64,000 nucleotides of DNA from Candidatus Latescibacterota bacterium (GCA_965203805.1 OZ241917.1:5088001-5152000); one strand, 5' to 3'; shown: positions 30,795 to 41,378, numbered from the stretch's first letter. Program-made: numbers and translations. The notes: generated by a model from the letters alone, not told the origin.

Positions 30795-30968
30795 TAGGAA
30801 ACGGGGGTAGGACAATCGGGAATTTTGGTTGCAAAGTTACCGGCGGCGGCCATTTCTGTCAAGCGGATTCCGTAAAAACAAGCGGGATCGGCTTCCCCCG
30901 CTTGCTGATTTGCAGGACGATGCGTATCTTTGCAGCAAACCTGCTTGGGAATCGAATGGAGGTTCGCC

Positions 30969-32099
30969 ATGTTTTCGGTATTTCTGATAGCGTCGCTTAT
31001 TGTGGCGCTGACGCTGGGTCCCGTGTCGGCCACCGCGTCCGAAGGCAATGGGCCGGGCATGTCGTACAACGCACTGCCAGGACCGAAGGACCTTGAGATT
31101 TCGGCGGACGAGGATGAAGCCTTCCTGAATGGGGTGCTGAAGAACATCTTCCCGGAAGGAAGCGAAGGGTTGACGGACGAGCAGAAGGGGATTGCGATTC
31201 TGCGGTACGCGTCGTCGGCGCTCGAACTGAAGAACAACGGGGGGACCGCCACGAAGATCATCAGGGAGGGCTACGCGATCTGCGGCGGGCTGTCGCACGT
31301 GCACCGGGTTCTCTGCCGGATGGTCGGGCTGCCGTCCCGGTATATCGGCGCCTTCAATCTGCGTCCCATTATGGGTAGCCACGCAATCAGCGAGGTGTAT
31401 TACGGCGGGAAGTGGCGCCTGCTGGACCCCACGTTCGGTATTTTCTTCTATTCGAAAACGCAGTATGACGGCACCGGTGAGATTCCGTCATTCCACGATC
31501 TGGTGACGTCGCCGGGCCGGTGGACCGCGTTCAAGGTGGTGGAGAGGCCGTGGATCGGCCGGTACGACGATACGGTGCGGTCCTTCGGGGTTGCGCCGGT
31601 GGAGGCAGACTACCTGAAAGATGTGTATCGAACGCCGATTATGGACCTCTATCGAAAGTACGTGGCAGAGACGTTTCCGGTTGCATACGGACACCGCGAT
31701 CCGGTGTCCTACCCGGTCGACGCGGACCTGAGAGAAGGGGAAGAATTCCGCGTGGGCGGCGTGGACGCGAACGTCGGCGACGTGCTGAGGATGGTGACGA
31801 ACGGAACCGGGTACGTGGGCGGGCACTATCTGGGCGGGAACTATCCGCCGGGGTTCCATACATGGTCGGTCCGGACGCCGGGGCCATGTCGTTTGCGGAT
31901 CGAGTATTTCAGTACCCAGGACGACCCGCCCGGCCTCGAGCCGTCTCCGTTGAAGGCGGCACGAGTCGTTTCGGTTCGGAAGGAGGACAGAAGGGTCGTC
32001 ATCGACCTTCAGGCAATCGGTCCGGAGGTCATTGTGGCGGTCCATTGCCCCGGAGGCACCTTTGCGGTGGATGCCTTCCGGGCCGCGCGAATTCGCTGA
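30969..32099 (+). CDS. Secreted transglutaminase-like domain protein
   Basis: Signal peptide; AICGG...HAISEVY.GGKWRLLDPT (Cys-His-Asp). Confidence 0.75.
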   Translation: MFSVFLIASLIVALTLGPVSATASEGNGPGMSYNALPGPKDLEISADEDEAFLNGVLKNIFPEGSEGLTDEQKGIAILRYASSALELKNNGGTATKIIREGYAICGGLSHVHRVLCRMVGLPSRYIGAFNLRPIMGSHAISEVYYGGKWRLLDPTFGIFFYSKTQYDGTGEIPSFHDLVTSPGRWTAFKVVERPWIGRYDDTVRSFGVAPVEADYLKDVYRTPIMDLYRKYVAETFPVAYGHRDPVSYPVDADLREGEEFRVGGVDANVGDVLRMVTNGTGYVGGHYLGGNYPPGFHTWSVRTPGPCRLRIEYFSTQDDPPGLEPSPLKAARVVSVRKEDRRVVIDLQAIGPEVIVAVHCPGGTFAVDAFRAARIR

Positions 32100-32145
32100 C
32101 CGGTCCCGTCGCGACATTTTTCCCTTATCAGAATGGAGTCGCATA

Positions 32146-34656
32146 ATGATTCAGGTTCTGCGCGAGGAGCACCCCCGGCTGTATCGCCCTGCCGACGATC
32201 CGCAGTACAAGTTCGAACCGCCGGAGGATGAAGGGCGAAAGCGAATTCTGGAAAACATGCTCGCGGATTGCGAGCTCTACTATCCCCAACGGCCGTGGAA
32301 GCGGATTCCCGAGCGGCCCGACAGCCCTCATCCGTATCATCAACTGTATCTCACGTTCTATACAGGGATGCACGCCACCGCACTGATGGAGCACTATGCG
32401 TTCGCGTGGCGGCTGACCGGGGATCCGCGCTGGCTGAAACGGGCGCGAGACTGGTTGCGGGCGGCGGCGGAGTGGGAACACAGCGACCGGGTTGAGCAGC
32501 ATTTCTATACGGCGAACCGGTATATGCAGGCTTTTGCGCTGGCGCTGGACCTGCTCGATGAGGTGCTGCCGGACGAGGAGAAAGAACGGGCGACCGTGTG
32601 CCTGGTCCGGTTGATGAATCGATGGTGGCCGGACGTGGAACGGTCCCGGTATTCGTCGGATGGGCGACACCACGCCGTGGTGGACAATGGGCACTTTGGC
32701 GTGGCCGCGCTGCACCTGCTGGGAAAACACCCGGACGCGGAAGCCTGGGTGTCTGCCGTCGTGGACCGGTTTCGCAGCGGAGTCATGCCCCATGGGTGCG
32801 GACGGGACGGCGAACCCGGGGACGGACCCTCGTTCTGGCCCTGGGAGAATCTATGGATGCTGCACTTTGCCGACGCGCTGAAAAACGTGACCGGCGAAGA
32901 CCTCTACCGGGAGTTTCCGAAGCGGCTGGAACGCCCCCTGAAGTGGTTCCGGTATCACCTGGCGCCGCCTGAGGTCATCGAAGACAGGCTGTACTATCCC
33001 GAAAACGCGAACGTGATTTCCGGAAGCCAGCTCGACGCCTGTTCGGTCACCCTGCTCCGGCTGGCACAGGAGGCGGGCGACGCCGGACTGCGCGACGTCG
33101 CGCTGAGCGATCCAAGGCTCGGACGACTCTACCGGTTCGGCATGGGCGTGAAGGGGACGTCGGCCGAGTGTATGGTGGCCTATGGACCGTACACCTACAG
33201 CTATTGCGATCCTGCGTTCCGGTCGTCGCGGCGTACCGTTTCCTTGCCGCTCTCCAGGACGTTCCTCCGGGCGCACTACGGGGAAGTGGGCATGCTGCGG
33301 ACCGCGTGGGACCGGAACGCCGTCGTCGCCTGTGTTGCCGGATACAAGGGCGGGGGCGCGCACGGCTTCATGAACCTTCACGTGCAGTGGGCCGGATTTC
33401 CGGTGTTGAGGTCGATATCCGCCGAGGAGGCACAGCCCGTGGCCTGCGGGAGCCTTCCCGTGGTGGGCGGGCAGAACGAGATCGTCGCCTTTCTGAGGCG
33501 GCTGAATTCCGGGGCGGGGTTCGACCGGCTGCGGGTCAGGTCCATCCGAACGGACCATGAATACTGGCTGCTGAAGGGCGCGTCTCCCGTCCTGGTGACC
33601 GCCTTGAGACGCCGCCGCCGCGGAGTGAAGCGGATGCGCAGACGGAATGGAGGCTTCGTTCGATTGAACGGACGGGACTATCTGCAGTTCGAGCGCGAGG
33701 CGTACTTCAATCCCAGGGCCGGCGAATTGAGGATGCGTTTCCGGCTGAACGGCGAGGTGCCGAATGACGGTCCGAAGGTCCTGTTCAACACCGGGATCGG
33801 CGTCGGGCGGGTCATGGGAAGCCGGGTGAACAACTATTCGCTGGCGATTATGGACGGAAACGCGTTGACGTTTGTCATTCAGAGCCAGCGGAACACGTCG
33901 GTGGAGGTGGTGTCGCCGGTGACGATCGAACCCGACAGGTGGCACGACGTCTCGATTCGATGGGGCGGGTTCAACCGCAAGGCGGACCATCCGTTCATCG
34001 AGATCGAGGTGGACGGCCGGCGTGACCGGTGCGACGATCCCGCGGTCTTCGGGGAACTGGGGGTGGATTCGCAGAACCTGGAGTCGCGTACGGAACCGCG
34101 GACGTTCTATATCAAGTCGAATACGGTGCTGGCCTTCGGGGGCGCGGTGCAGATGCCGGGGACCGGGTTGAAATGCGACTTCGCCTCGGTGGATCTGAAA
34201 TGTCCCGGGCGCAGGCGGTTGCGTCCGGATTTCGAGACCGATATGGGGCCGGAAACCGGAAGCGGCGCGCTTGAATGGAAACTGAATCCGGTGGACCTGC
34301 GCGAAATCGATACCGACCGGGCGCGGTTCGGCGCGGGGGAGCGAACGATCGACGTGCTGCCGCTCTATGGTGACGACGTCCGTTTCGGAAGGGAAGAGGT
34401 CCCGTTCGCGCCCGCGGGCCTCGCGGCGGGAAGCCTGAAGAGCTTCGTCAAAGGCTCGCGGGGACCGAACACGCGCGTACGTCTGTCCACGCCCGACGAC
34501 GTCCTGGTTTTCGCCTTCACGGAGCACAATGCGAACACGCGGGTGACGCAGAACGAAGACGGATTCGAGTTTGAAGTCGGGACGGAACGGTACGCGTTCG
34601 ACGTGAACAGGACGGGGGAGGAGATTCTGACGCTGAAACCCGACGGGACGGCCTGA
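32146..34656 (+). CDS. Heparinase II/III / alginate-lyase-like alpha/alpha toroid protein with LamG-like insert
   Basis: YAFAWRLTGDPRWL, ALALDLL, DGEPGDGPSFW; later beta-rich WHDVSIRWG (LamG-like). Confidence 0.55.
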   Translation: MIQVLREEHPRLYRPADDPQYKFEPPEDEGRKRILENMLADCELYYPQRPWKRIPERPDSPHPYHQLYLTFYTGMHATALMEHYAFAWRLTGDPRWLKRARDWLRAAAEWEHSDRVEQHFYTANRYMQAFALALDLLDEVLPDEEKERATVCLVRLMNRWWPDVERSRYSSDGRHHAVVDNGHFGVAALHLLGKHPDAEAWVSAVVDRFRSGVMPHGCGRDGEPGDGPSFWPWENLWMLHFADALKNVTGEDLYREFPKRLERPLKWFRYHLAPPEVIEDRLYYPENANVISGSQLDACSVTLLRLAQEAGDAGLRDVALSDPRLGRLYRFGMGVKGTSAECMVAYGPYTYSYCDPAFRSSRRTVSLPLSRTFLRAHYGEVGMLRTAWDRNAVVACVAGYKGGGAHGFMNLHVQWAGFPVLRSISAEEAQPVACGSLPVVGGQNEIVAFLRRLNSGAGFDRLRVRSIRTDHEYWLLKGASPVLVTALRRRRRGVKRMRRRNGGFVRLNGRDYLQFEREAYFNPRAGELRMRFRLNGEVPNDGPKVLFNTGIGVGRVMGSRVNNYSLAIMDGNALTFVIQSQRNTSVEVVSPVTIEPDRWHDVSIRWGGFNRKADHPFIEIEVDGRRDRCDDPAVFGELGVDSQNLESRTEPRTFYIKSNTVLAFGGAVQMPGTGLKCDFASVDLKCPGRRRLRPDFETDMGPETGSGALEWKLNPVDLREIDTDRARFGAGERTIDVLPLYGDDVRFGREEVPFAPAGLAAGSLKSFVKGSRGPNTRVRLSTPDDVLVFAFTEHNANTRVTQNEDGFEFEVGTERYAFDVNRTGEEILTLKPDGTA

Positions 34657-34758
34657 CGAAGGTGTCGACAGTCTGTTTTTGTTGGATTGAGAGCGGTATC
34701 GTACTTACGTGGCAGCGGCCCGCCTTCAGTGGCAACAGCGCTTACGAGATTCGCGAGA

Positions 34759-37700
34759 ATGGATTCAGGAATTCCCCATCGAGTTGCATCGATCGACCTC
34801 GAGGTCGACAGGCAGAACGGCCGCATCCGCGCATTCGCCGCCGTTCGCTCCGACCGGGATCAAACGCTGATCTTCAACCGCGGGAATCTCGCAACGGCTT
34901 TGCGGGATCTCGACGATTTCGTCAACGGCGTCGACTTCCTGCTCGGCCATAACCTGATCGGCTTCGACCTGCCGCATCTGGCCGCGGCGAAATCAAGCCT
35001 CCGACTGCTGAGGCTGCCCGCGGTGGATACGTTGAAGCTGAACCCCCTCGCGTTTCCCCGGAACCCCTATCACCACCTCGTCAAGCACTATCAGGACCCG
35101 CAGCTCAAACAGGGGCGGTTGAACGACCCGGAACTGGACGCGCGCCTCGCGCTGGAACTCTTCCGCGACCAGTGTGACGCGTTGGAAGCCGTCGGCGGGG
35201 ACAACCCGGAACTGCTCCTCGCGTGGCATTGGCTCGCCACGGCATCGGGTGACAGGGCGAAATCCGACGCCTTTTCGGAGAACGAAAGGATCGGCTGCAG
35301 CGGGTTTTTCCGTGCCTTGCGCCGGTCTCATCGACCGTCAGGCATCGAGGCCCGTACCGCCATTCGCGGCCTGCTGAAAGGCAATGCCTGTGAGAATCAC
35401 GGTCAGGACGTGGAACAGAATATCGACCACGGCGACTGGCCCCTGGCCTATGCCCTCGCGTGGCTGTCGGTGGCTGGCGGAAACTCGGTGATGCCTCCAT
35501 GGGTTCGGCATCAGTTCCCTGAAGCGGGGCGGTTCGTCCGCCGGTTGAGGGACAAGCCCTGCGGTCGGCCGGACTGCGAATGGTGCGGCGAGCGGCACGA
35601 TCCACGCAAGGAACTCAATCGCTGGTTTGGCTTTGACCACTTCATACCGGAACCGGCGGGCGCGGACGGTCGACCGATGCAGCAGTCCATCTGCGAGGCC
35701 GCGATGGCCGGTGACCATGTACTTGGAATCCTGCCGACCGGTACCGGCAAGTCGCTGTGTTACCAGATTCCCGCTCTGTCTCGCTATGACAAGATTGGCG
35801 CGCTGACCGTGGTGATTTCGCCGCTTGTCGCGCTCATGGCGGACCAGGTCGCCGGTCTCGAGGCGCGTGGAATCACTTCCTGTGTGGCGATCAACGGGCT
35901 GCTTTCGATGCCCGAACGCGCCGACGCCCTGGACCGGGTGCGACTCGGGGACGCGGCGATTGTGCTCGTTTCCCCCGAGCAACTCCGCAGTCAATCCTTC
36001 CGTCGCGTCCTGGACCAGCGCGAAATCGGCGCCTGGGTGCTGGACGAAGCCCATTGTCTCTCGCGATGGGGCCACGACTTCCGTTCCGATTACCGCTATA
36101 TAGGACGGTTCATCCGTGAGAAGGCCGGACAGGAGCCGGTCCCTCCGGTGATATGCCTGACGGCGACCGCAAAGCCCGACGTCGTTGCGGACATCAGGCA
36201 GCATTTCCAGGCTGAATTGGGGATTCAGTTAAGGGTGTTCGACGGCGGGGCCCAGCGCACGAATCTGGATTTCGTTGTCGTACAGACAACCGAACCGGAG
36301 AAATTCGCCCACGTCCACCAGATACTGATGGCGGACCTTCCGCAGCATACGCCCGGAGGAGCGATCGTCTATTGCGCGACGCGGCAGCAGACGGAAGAGG
36401 CGGCGCAGTTCCTGCAGCTTAAGGAAGTCGAGGCCGAGCATTTTCACGCGGGGTTGTCCCCTGAAACGAAGAAGGACGTGCAGCAGCGATTCATCGGCGG
36501 CGAGTTGCGGGTGATCACGGCCACCAATGCCTTCGGCATGGGCATCGACAAACCGGACGTGCGCCTGGTGATCCACGCCGACATTCCCGGATCGCTGGAG
36601 AACTACATGCAGGAGGCCGGCCGCGCCGGTCGGGACCGGAAGACCGCGCGATGTGTTCTGCTATATACCGCGGACGACGTGGAACGGCAGTTCGGCATGT
36701 CGGCGCGTTCGCGACTGACCCGGCGGGAGATCCACGGCGTCCTGAGGGCGCTCCGCAATCTGGATCGGAAGAAGCGCCTCGGCGGCGAGGTTGTCGCGAC
36801 CTCAGGTGAGATCCTTGGTGAAGACGACGAGATGGTCTTCGAACGGGACTACGCCACGGACGATACCCGCGTGCGGACCGCCGTCTCCTGGCTTGAAGAA
36901 TCCGTATTGTTGTCCCGGGAGGAGAACCGGGTACAGATATTTCCCTCGTCTCTGAGGGTGTATTCGGTGGAGGAAGCGAGTGCCAGACTGAAACGAAGAA
37001 AAGTCATTGACGAATATCGAAGGCAGTTGCTGAGAATCGTCGAAGCGCTCATCGATGCGGACCCTGACGACGGTATTTCCACAGACGAATTGATGTGTGT
37101 CTCCGGGCTGAGTCCCGAGGGTGTACGCGGCGCAATGTTCGACCTCGAGCGTCTGGGCATCGCCACGAACGATACGGCATTGACCGCCTTCGTCCATGTG
37201 GGAGTACCCAATCACTCACGCAAGCGCTTCGAGACGGCCCAGGAAATGGAAATCGCCTTAATCGCACAATTGCGCGAGACCGCCCCTGATATGAGCAAGG
37301 GTGACCGGTGGCCACTGTACTTGCGCCTTGCCTCTCAAAAGCTGCGAGACGAGGACGTGGTCGATCCCCTGCCCGAGAAATTATGGCGCATACTGCGCAG
37401 TATCGCCAGTGACGGACGCGGTGAAGGGGGCGATGCCGGCAGTCTGGGTTTACGACGGCGAGACCCCGAAACCGTGCACGTTGAATTGCGACGAGAGTGG
37501 TCGGACCTTGAGGAACTCGCGTCGCGCCGGCGAGAGGGCGCGACGCGCCTGCTGGATCATTTGCTGGCCAGTCTGCCGCCCGGGAGCCGCGGCACCGACC
37601 TGCTCGCGGAGACCACCCTCGGCAAGCTATTGGATGCCATCACTTCCGACATCGTATTGAAGAGCAGAATCAGGAACCCCGAGAAGCTATTGGACCGGGC

Positions 37701-40032
37701 CCTCCTGTGGCTGCACGAGCAGGAGGTCATACGACTCCACAAGGGCCTCGCGGTATTCCGTCAGGCGATGACCATCCAATTGACGGATGAAAAGCGAGGC
37801 TTTGCCAATCCCGACTTCGAACCGCTGCGGCTCCATTACAAGGGCCAGGCAACGCAGATCCATGTCATGGCCGAATTCGCGCAGCGCGGGCTTGAGAATA
37901 TGGCCGACGCGTTGCGAATGGCACTCGACTACTTCAGTCTGAAGCAGGAGGATTTCCTTCGGCGGTGGCTGCCGGACAGGGGCAAAGAGATCGAGCGTGA
38001 GACCACGCCCGAATCCTGGCGGGCAATCGTCGAGAGCCTGAAGAATCCCGTCCAGCAGCGCATCGTCGCGGATGATCGCGAGCAGGTGAACGTGCTGGTG
38101 CTGGCAGGACCGGGCTCCGGTAAGACACGGGTGCTGGTACATCGCATCGCCTATCTCGTCCGCGCAAGACGGGAAAACCCTCGCGGCATTCTGGCGCTGG
38201 CCTACAACCGGCACGCGGCGGTCGAGATCCGGAAACGCCTGAATGAATTGATCGGTAACGACGCCCGGGGGGTGACGGTGTTGACCTGTCACGCCCTGGC
38301 GATGCGTCTTACCGGGGTGAGTTTTCAGGAGCGGGAACGGCGGCCGCTGGACGACGAGGCATTTCGGGAGGTGCTGCGCCAGGCGGTGAAACTGCTGCGC
38401 GGCGAAGGTCTGGAGCCCGAGGAAGCGGACGAGCAGCGGGAGCGGCTGCTCAGGGGATTCCGCTGGATCCTGGTGGACGAATACCAGGATATCGGCGCGG
38501 AACAGTATGAACTGATATCGGCACTGGCCGGACGGACCCTGGAAGACGAGGATCGAAAACTCACCCTGTTCGCGGTAGGCGACGACGATCAGAACATCTA
38601 CGCATTCAGCGGCGCATCCGTGGCATTCATCCGACGATTCGAAGCGGATTACGGGCCGACGCCCAGCTACCTCACCGACAATTACCGTTCTACCGGCAAC
38701 ATCATCACAGCAGCGAACGAACTGATTAAACCTGCCGGACAACGGTTGAAGACAGAACACCCCATCCGCATCGACCGGGCGCGCAGGAAGAATCCGCCGG
38801 GCGGCGACTGGAACAGTTTGGACCCTGTCGCCGGTGGCCGCGTCCAGGTGTTGCCGTGTGTGCGAGATCCGATCTCGCAGGCGCAGGTTGCGATGACGGA
38901 ATTGCAGCGGCTCGCCGGACTGTCTATGGACTGGGATTGGTCCAACTGCGCGGTGATCGCGCGCGAGTGGAAATACCTGGATCCCGTACGTGCGTTCTGT
39001 GAATTCAGCGAGATTCCGGCGCAGTTGGCAAACGAGGGAATCCCGAGCTTCTGGCACCTGCGGGAGACCCGCACCCTTGTAGAATGGCTGCGCGGAAGGG
39101 ATACCCGTCTTGTGGATGGTGCGGGCATACGTGAATGGTTGGATGCGCAGCCGAACGGTACCTGGACCGATCTGCTCTGGCAGGCCCTTGAAGAGCACGC
39201 CTTGGAAACCGGCGGCGCGGAAGTGCCGGTGGACCACTTCATCGAGTGGATGGCGGAGTGGGGGCGCGACGTTCGCCGCCGCCAGCGCGGGTTATTACTG
39301 TCGACCGCACACCGCGCCAAGGGGCTGGAGTTCGATCACATCGTGGTGCTGGACGGCGGCTGGAGCAAAGTCGGCACGGGCGAAGACCTCGACGCGCCGC
39401 GCAGGCTTTACTACGTGGCCATGACACGCGCGAAACAGACGCTCGCGCTCGTGCGTTTCCAGGAATCGCGGCGCGCAGATGGCCCCTCGCCGTCCGGACT
39501 CGTCAGGGAGCCCGCGGCGCCGGCGTACGGAGAGCGACTCCACTCGTTGCCCTACAGGTTTCCCGACAACGGATCAATCCTGCACCGCGAGCCCGTGGCG
39601 GTCCCGGGTTACAAAAACGAACTCAGCCGCCAATATCGGCGGCCAACGTTGCGCGAGGTCGATCTGGGATTTTCGGGGCGACGAACCGCCAGTCACCCGG
39701 TGCATCACGCGATCGCCGCGCTGTCAACCGGACATTCGCTCAAGACGAGAATCAACGATAACGGACGTTGGGAAATTCTGAACGGGTCGGAGACGGTGGT
39801 AGGACGACTTGCTGAGGTGTTTGAGCCTCCGCCTGGGATGCAATGCACATCCGCAACAGTCTACGCGGTCGTGTCCTGGAGCCGCGAGGCGACGGACCCG
39901 GACTACCAGAAGCTTGCAAAATGCGATACCTGGGAGGTCGTGGTGCCGGAACTGGTCTTCGAGCCGGTTAACGGCCAAAGGGATTGCGCGTCTTCAGTTC
40001 CGGGAACAACGAGAAATCACGATCCCGTGTGA
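34759..40032 (+). CDS. Giant DEDD-exonuclease-RecQ-UvrD double helicase fusion
   Basis: N-terminal IDLE/GHNLIGFD/DTL; RecQ motifs PTGTGKS, DEAH, ATNAFGMGIDK, QEAGRAGRD; UvrD motifs AGPGSGKT, DEYQD, GDDDQNIY, NYRS, AKGLEF, YVAMTRA. Confidence 0.92.
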   Translation: MDSGIPHRVASIDLEVDRQNGRIRAFAAVRSDRDQTLIFNRGNLATALRDLDDFVNGVDFLLGHNLIGFDLPHLAAAKSSLRLLRLPAVDTLKLNPLAFPRNPYHHLVKHYQDPQLKQGRLNDPELDARLALELFRDQCDALEAVGGDNPELLLAWHWLATASGDRAKSDAFSENERIGCSGFFRALRRSHRPSGIEARTAIRGLLKGNACENHGQDVEQNIDHGDWPLAYALAWLSVAGGNSVMPPWVRHQFPEAGRFVRRLRDKPCGRPDCEWCGERHDPRKELNRWFGFDHFIPEPAGADGRPMQQSICEAAMAGDHVLGILPTGTGKSLCYQIPALSRYDKIGALTVVISPLVALMADQVAGLEARGITSCVAINGLLSMPERADALDRVRLGDAAIVLVSPEQLRSQSFRRVLDQREIGAWVLDEAHCLSRWGHDFRSDYRYIGRFIREKAGQEPVPPVICLTATAKPDVVADIRQHFQAELGIQLRVFDGGAQRTNLDFVVVQTTEPEKFAHVHQILMADLPQHTPGGAIVYCATRQQTEEAAQFLQLKEVEAEHFHAGLSPETKKDVQQRFIGGELRVITATNAFGMGIDKPDVRLVIHADIPGSLENYMQEAGRAGRDRKTARCVLLYTADDVERQFGMSARSRLTRREIHGVLRALRNLDRKKRLGGEVVATSGEILGEDDEMVFERDYATDDTRVRTAVSWLEESVLLSREENRVQIFPSSLRVYSVEEASARLKRRKVIDEYRRQLLRIVEALIDADPDDGISTDELMCVSGLSPEGVRGAMFDLERLGIATNDTALTAFVHVGVPNHSRKRFETAQEMEIALIAQLRETAPDMSKGDRWPLYLRLASQKLRDEDVVDPLPEKLWRILRSIASDGRGEGGDAGSLGLRRRDPETVHVELRREWSDLEELASRRREGATRLLDHLLASLPPGSRGTDLLAETTLGKLLDAITSDIVLKSRIRNPEKLLDRALLWLHEQEVIRLHKGLAVFRQAMTIQLTDEKRGFANPDFEPLRLHYKGQATQIHVMAEFAQRGLENMADALRMALDYFSLKQEDFLRRWLPDRGKEIERETTPESWRAIVESLKNPVQQRIVADDREQVNVLVLAGPGSGKTRVLVHRIAYLVRARRENPRGILALAYNRHAAVEIRKRLNELIGNDARGVTVLTCHALAMRLTGVSFQERERRPLDDEAFREVLRQAVKLLRGEGLEPEEADEQRERLLRGFRWILVDEYQDIGAEQYELISALAGRTLEDEDRKLTLFAVGDDDQNIYAFSGASVAFIRRFEADYGPTPSYLTDNYRSTGNIITAANELIKPAGQRLKTEHPIRIDRARRKNPPGGDWNSLDPVAGGRVQVLPCVRDPISQAQVAMTELQRLAGLSMDWDWSNCAVIAREWKYLDPVRAFCEFSEIPAQLANEGIPSFWHLRETRTLVEWLRGRDTRLVDGAGIREWLDAQPNGTWTDLLWQALEEHALETGGAEVPVDHFIEWMAEWGRDVRRRQRGLLLSTAHRAKGLEFDHIVVLDGGWSKVGTGEDLDAPRRLYYVAMTRAKQTLALVRFQESRRADGPSPSGLVREPAAPAYGERLHSLPYRFPDNGSILHREPVAVPGYKNELSRQYRRPTLREVDLGFSGRRTASHPVHHAIAALSTGHSLKTRINDNGRWEILNGSETVVGRLAEVFEPPPGMQCTSATVYAVVSWSREATDPDYQKLAKCDTWEVVVPELVFEPVNGQRDCASSVPGTTRNHDPV

Positions 40033-40405
40033 GTAGCGTGTCCACGCCGTGGACAAGGCAAATCGCAACCACCCGGGCGTCGTGTACGACTGCGCCGCGC
40101 ACCCGTGGTCGCTGCACCAGACTGCCCAGCACGGTCGAGAAACCGCTTGTCTCACCAAGCAGTCGATTGCTCGGAGATAAGATCCATGCTTCAAGTTGCC
40201 GCCATGCGTTTTTTGGTGACGTGGCCGATTCACTCCAGAACCTCCGGTTCGTAACAACGCTGAGGAATTCATAACAGCAGGGCCAGGGTATCGCCCATAT
40301 TCGCTCTCCTTCGCTGAGTTCCCTCAGTACGGCAGATGCCGTTTCATATTCACGCGATTCCTTGCGGTGCGCGTAGACAAGCAGATTCGTATCAACGGCA
40401 ATCAC
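39968..40405 (-). CDS. vapC: VapC family PIN ribonuclease toxin
   Basis: VIAVDTNLLVYAHR, YEFL, HDAR, TRDRDFSLFP; GTG start overlapping the antitoxin stop. Confidence 0.9.
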   Translation of the reverse strand: MIAVDTNLLVYAHRKESREYETASAVLRELSEGERIWAIPWPCCYEFLSVVTNRRFWSESATSPKNAWRQLEAWILSPSNRLLGETSGFSTVLGSLVQRPRVRGAVVHDARVVAICLVHGVDTLLTRDRDFSLFPELKTRNPFGR

Positions 40406-40650
40406 CTGGTATCCACATCTCCGTATATGATATCGCGCAGATCCTGCCACGAGTAGGATTCTAACGGATCGGAGGAACTCGGATTGCCCGTACTTAAATC
40501 AGGAAGCCGGTATTGAGTTCGATGCTTCGGTCCTGCGAGTACCTCTCTCAATCCCTCTTCTACCACAGCGCGTAATGTCCGCCCCGACTTCCTCGCGTAC
40601 AGTTTTGCTCTCGCCAGCAGTTCGTCTTGAATATCAATCGTTGTTTTCAT
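40402..40650 (-). CDS. vapB: VapB-type (DUF2191/RHH) antitoxin
   Basis: MKTTIDIQDELLARAK...TLRAVVEEGLR; directly upstream of the PIN toxin. Confidence 0.85.
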   Translation of the reverse strand: MKTTIDIQDELLARAKLYARKSGRTLRAVVEEGLREVLAGPKHRTQYRLPDLSTGNPSSSDPLESYSWQDLRDIIYGDVDTR

Positions 40651-40657
40651 AGTTCCC

Positions 40658-40686
40658 ATATTAGCCATATAATACGATACAGTCAA
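40658..40686 (-). promoter_or_regulatory. vapBC promoter, probably leaderless
   Basis: TTGACT-17 bp-TAATAT, 7 nt before the vapB ATG. Confidence 0.55.
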
Positions 40687-40689
40687 GCA

Positions 40690-40800
40690 ATAAAAGCAGA
40701 AATTCGGTCGAAACCACCTACGTCCACTGTTACGAAACCACCTGCCGAAAGATGCGATTCGATGATCGTCTCGCCGCGCCGCTGTGAACTCACTGTTCAG
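40690..40800 (-). pseudogene. Decayed hsdR 5'-end fragment (scar 2)
   Basis: 40705-40773 aligns ungapped to hsdR 44952-45020 (51/69 by hand count); ETIIESHLSAGGFVTVDVGGFDR vs [23 protein letters not shown]. Confidence 0.75.
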
Positions 40801-40961
40801 CAGAAACGCCGCACCCTTCGCGGCATTCGCCCGTCATCGTTCAATCCTGCTTTTACAGGTCCGTCGTCAAAACCAAAAATATCAATGACCTATGTAGACA
40901 GATTCGAGCCAGACTTCGCTTTTTCTGGTATCCAGGAGAAATCGGGACACGATCGGTGTGT

Positions 40962-41378
40962 TCAATCGAGTTGAGCGAGTAGAACATCGATCGGTTCATC
41001 GCCTGGCCAGGCCCCGGCAAGCTGAATCGGGTCGAACTCTTCCGCTTCCTTTCGAATTACACAAAGCAGGTCCTGCGAATCCTCTACGTCGATCGTTGGC
41101 ATTTCTTCGAAGACGCCATCTCCTCTTTGACGAATACTGATTCGGCGAGCTTCGATAAATCGTGGTTTCCCATTATCCGTGAAGTGCACAATACCCTCGA
41201 CAGTCGTGTGTTTTCCCCACAAGGGACCCAACGCCTTCGCATCCATTGACATCGGGTCTACACGTCCGAACAGTGCTGCGCTCTGTCCCACCACAAGGCG
41301 AAAACGGCCATTGCCCTGTTCGTTCTCCTCAAGCCTACCACAAACGATAAACGCTCTTGGTTCTGCGATGTCACTCAT
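40962..41378 (-). CDS. Hypothetical protein, possibly 5'-truncated; OB-fold-like region plus C-terminal WPGDE motif
   Basis: 138-aa ORF with GGAG RBS; followed by a short VSRFLLDT (PIN-like start) frame at about 40950. Confidence 0.55.
   Translation of the reverse strand: MSDIAEPRAFIVCGRLEENEQGNGRFRLVVGQSAALFGRVDPMSMDAKALGPLWGKHTTVEGIVHFTDNGKPRFIEARRISIRQRGDGVFEEMPTIDVEDSQDLLCVIRKEAEEFDPIQLAGAWPGDEPIDVLLAQLD

Noticed and set aside
40709-40743. Direct repeat CGAAACCACCT as an operator
   Set aside because: Explained by the two GGF codon runs inside the hsdR remnant.
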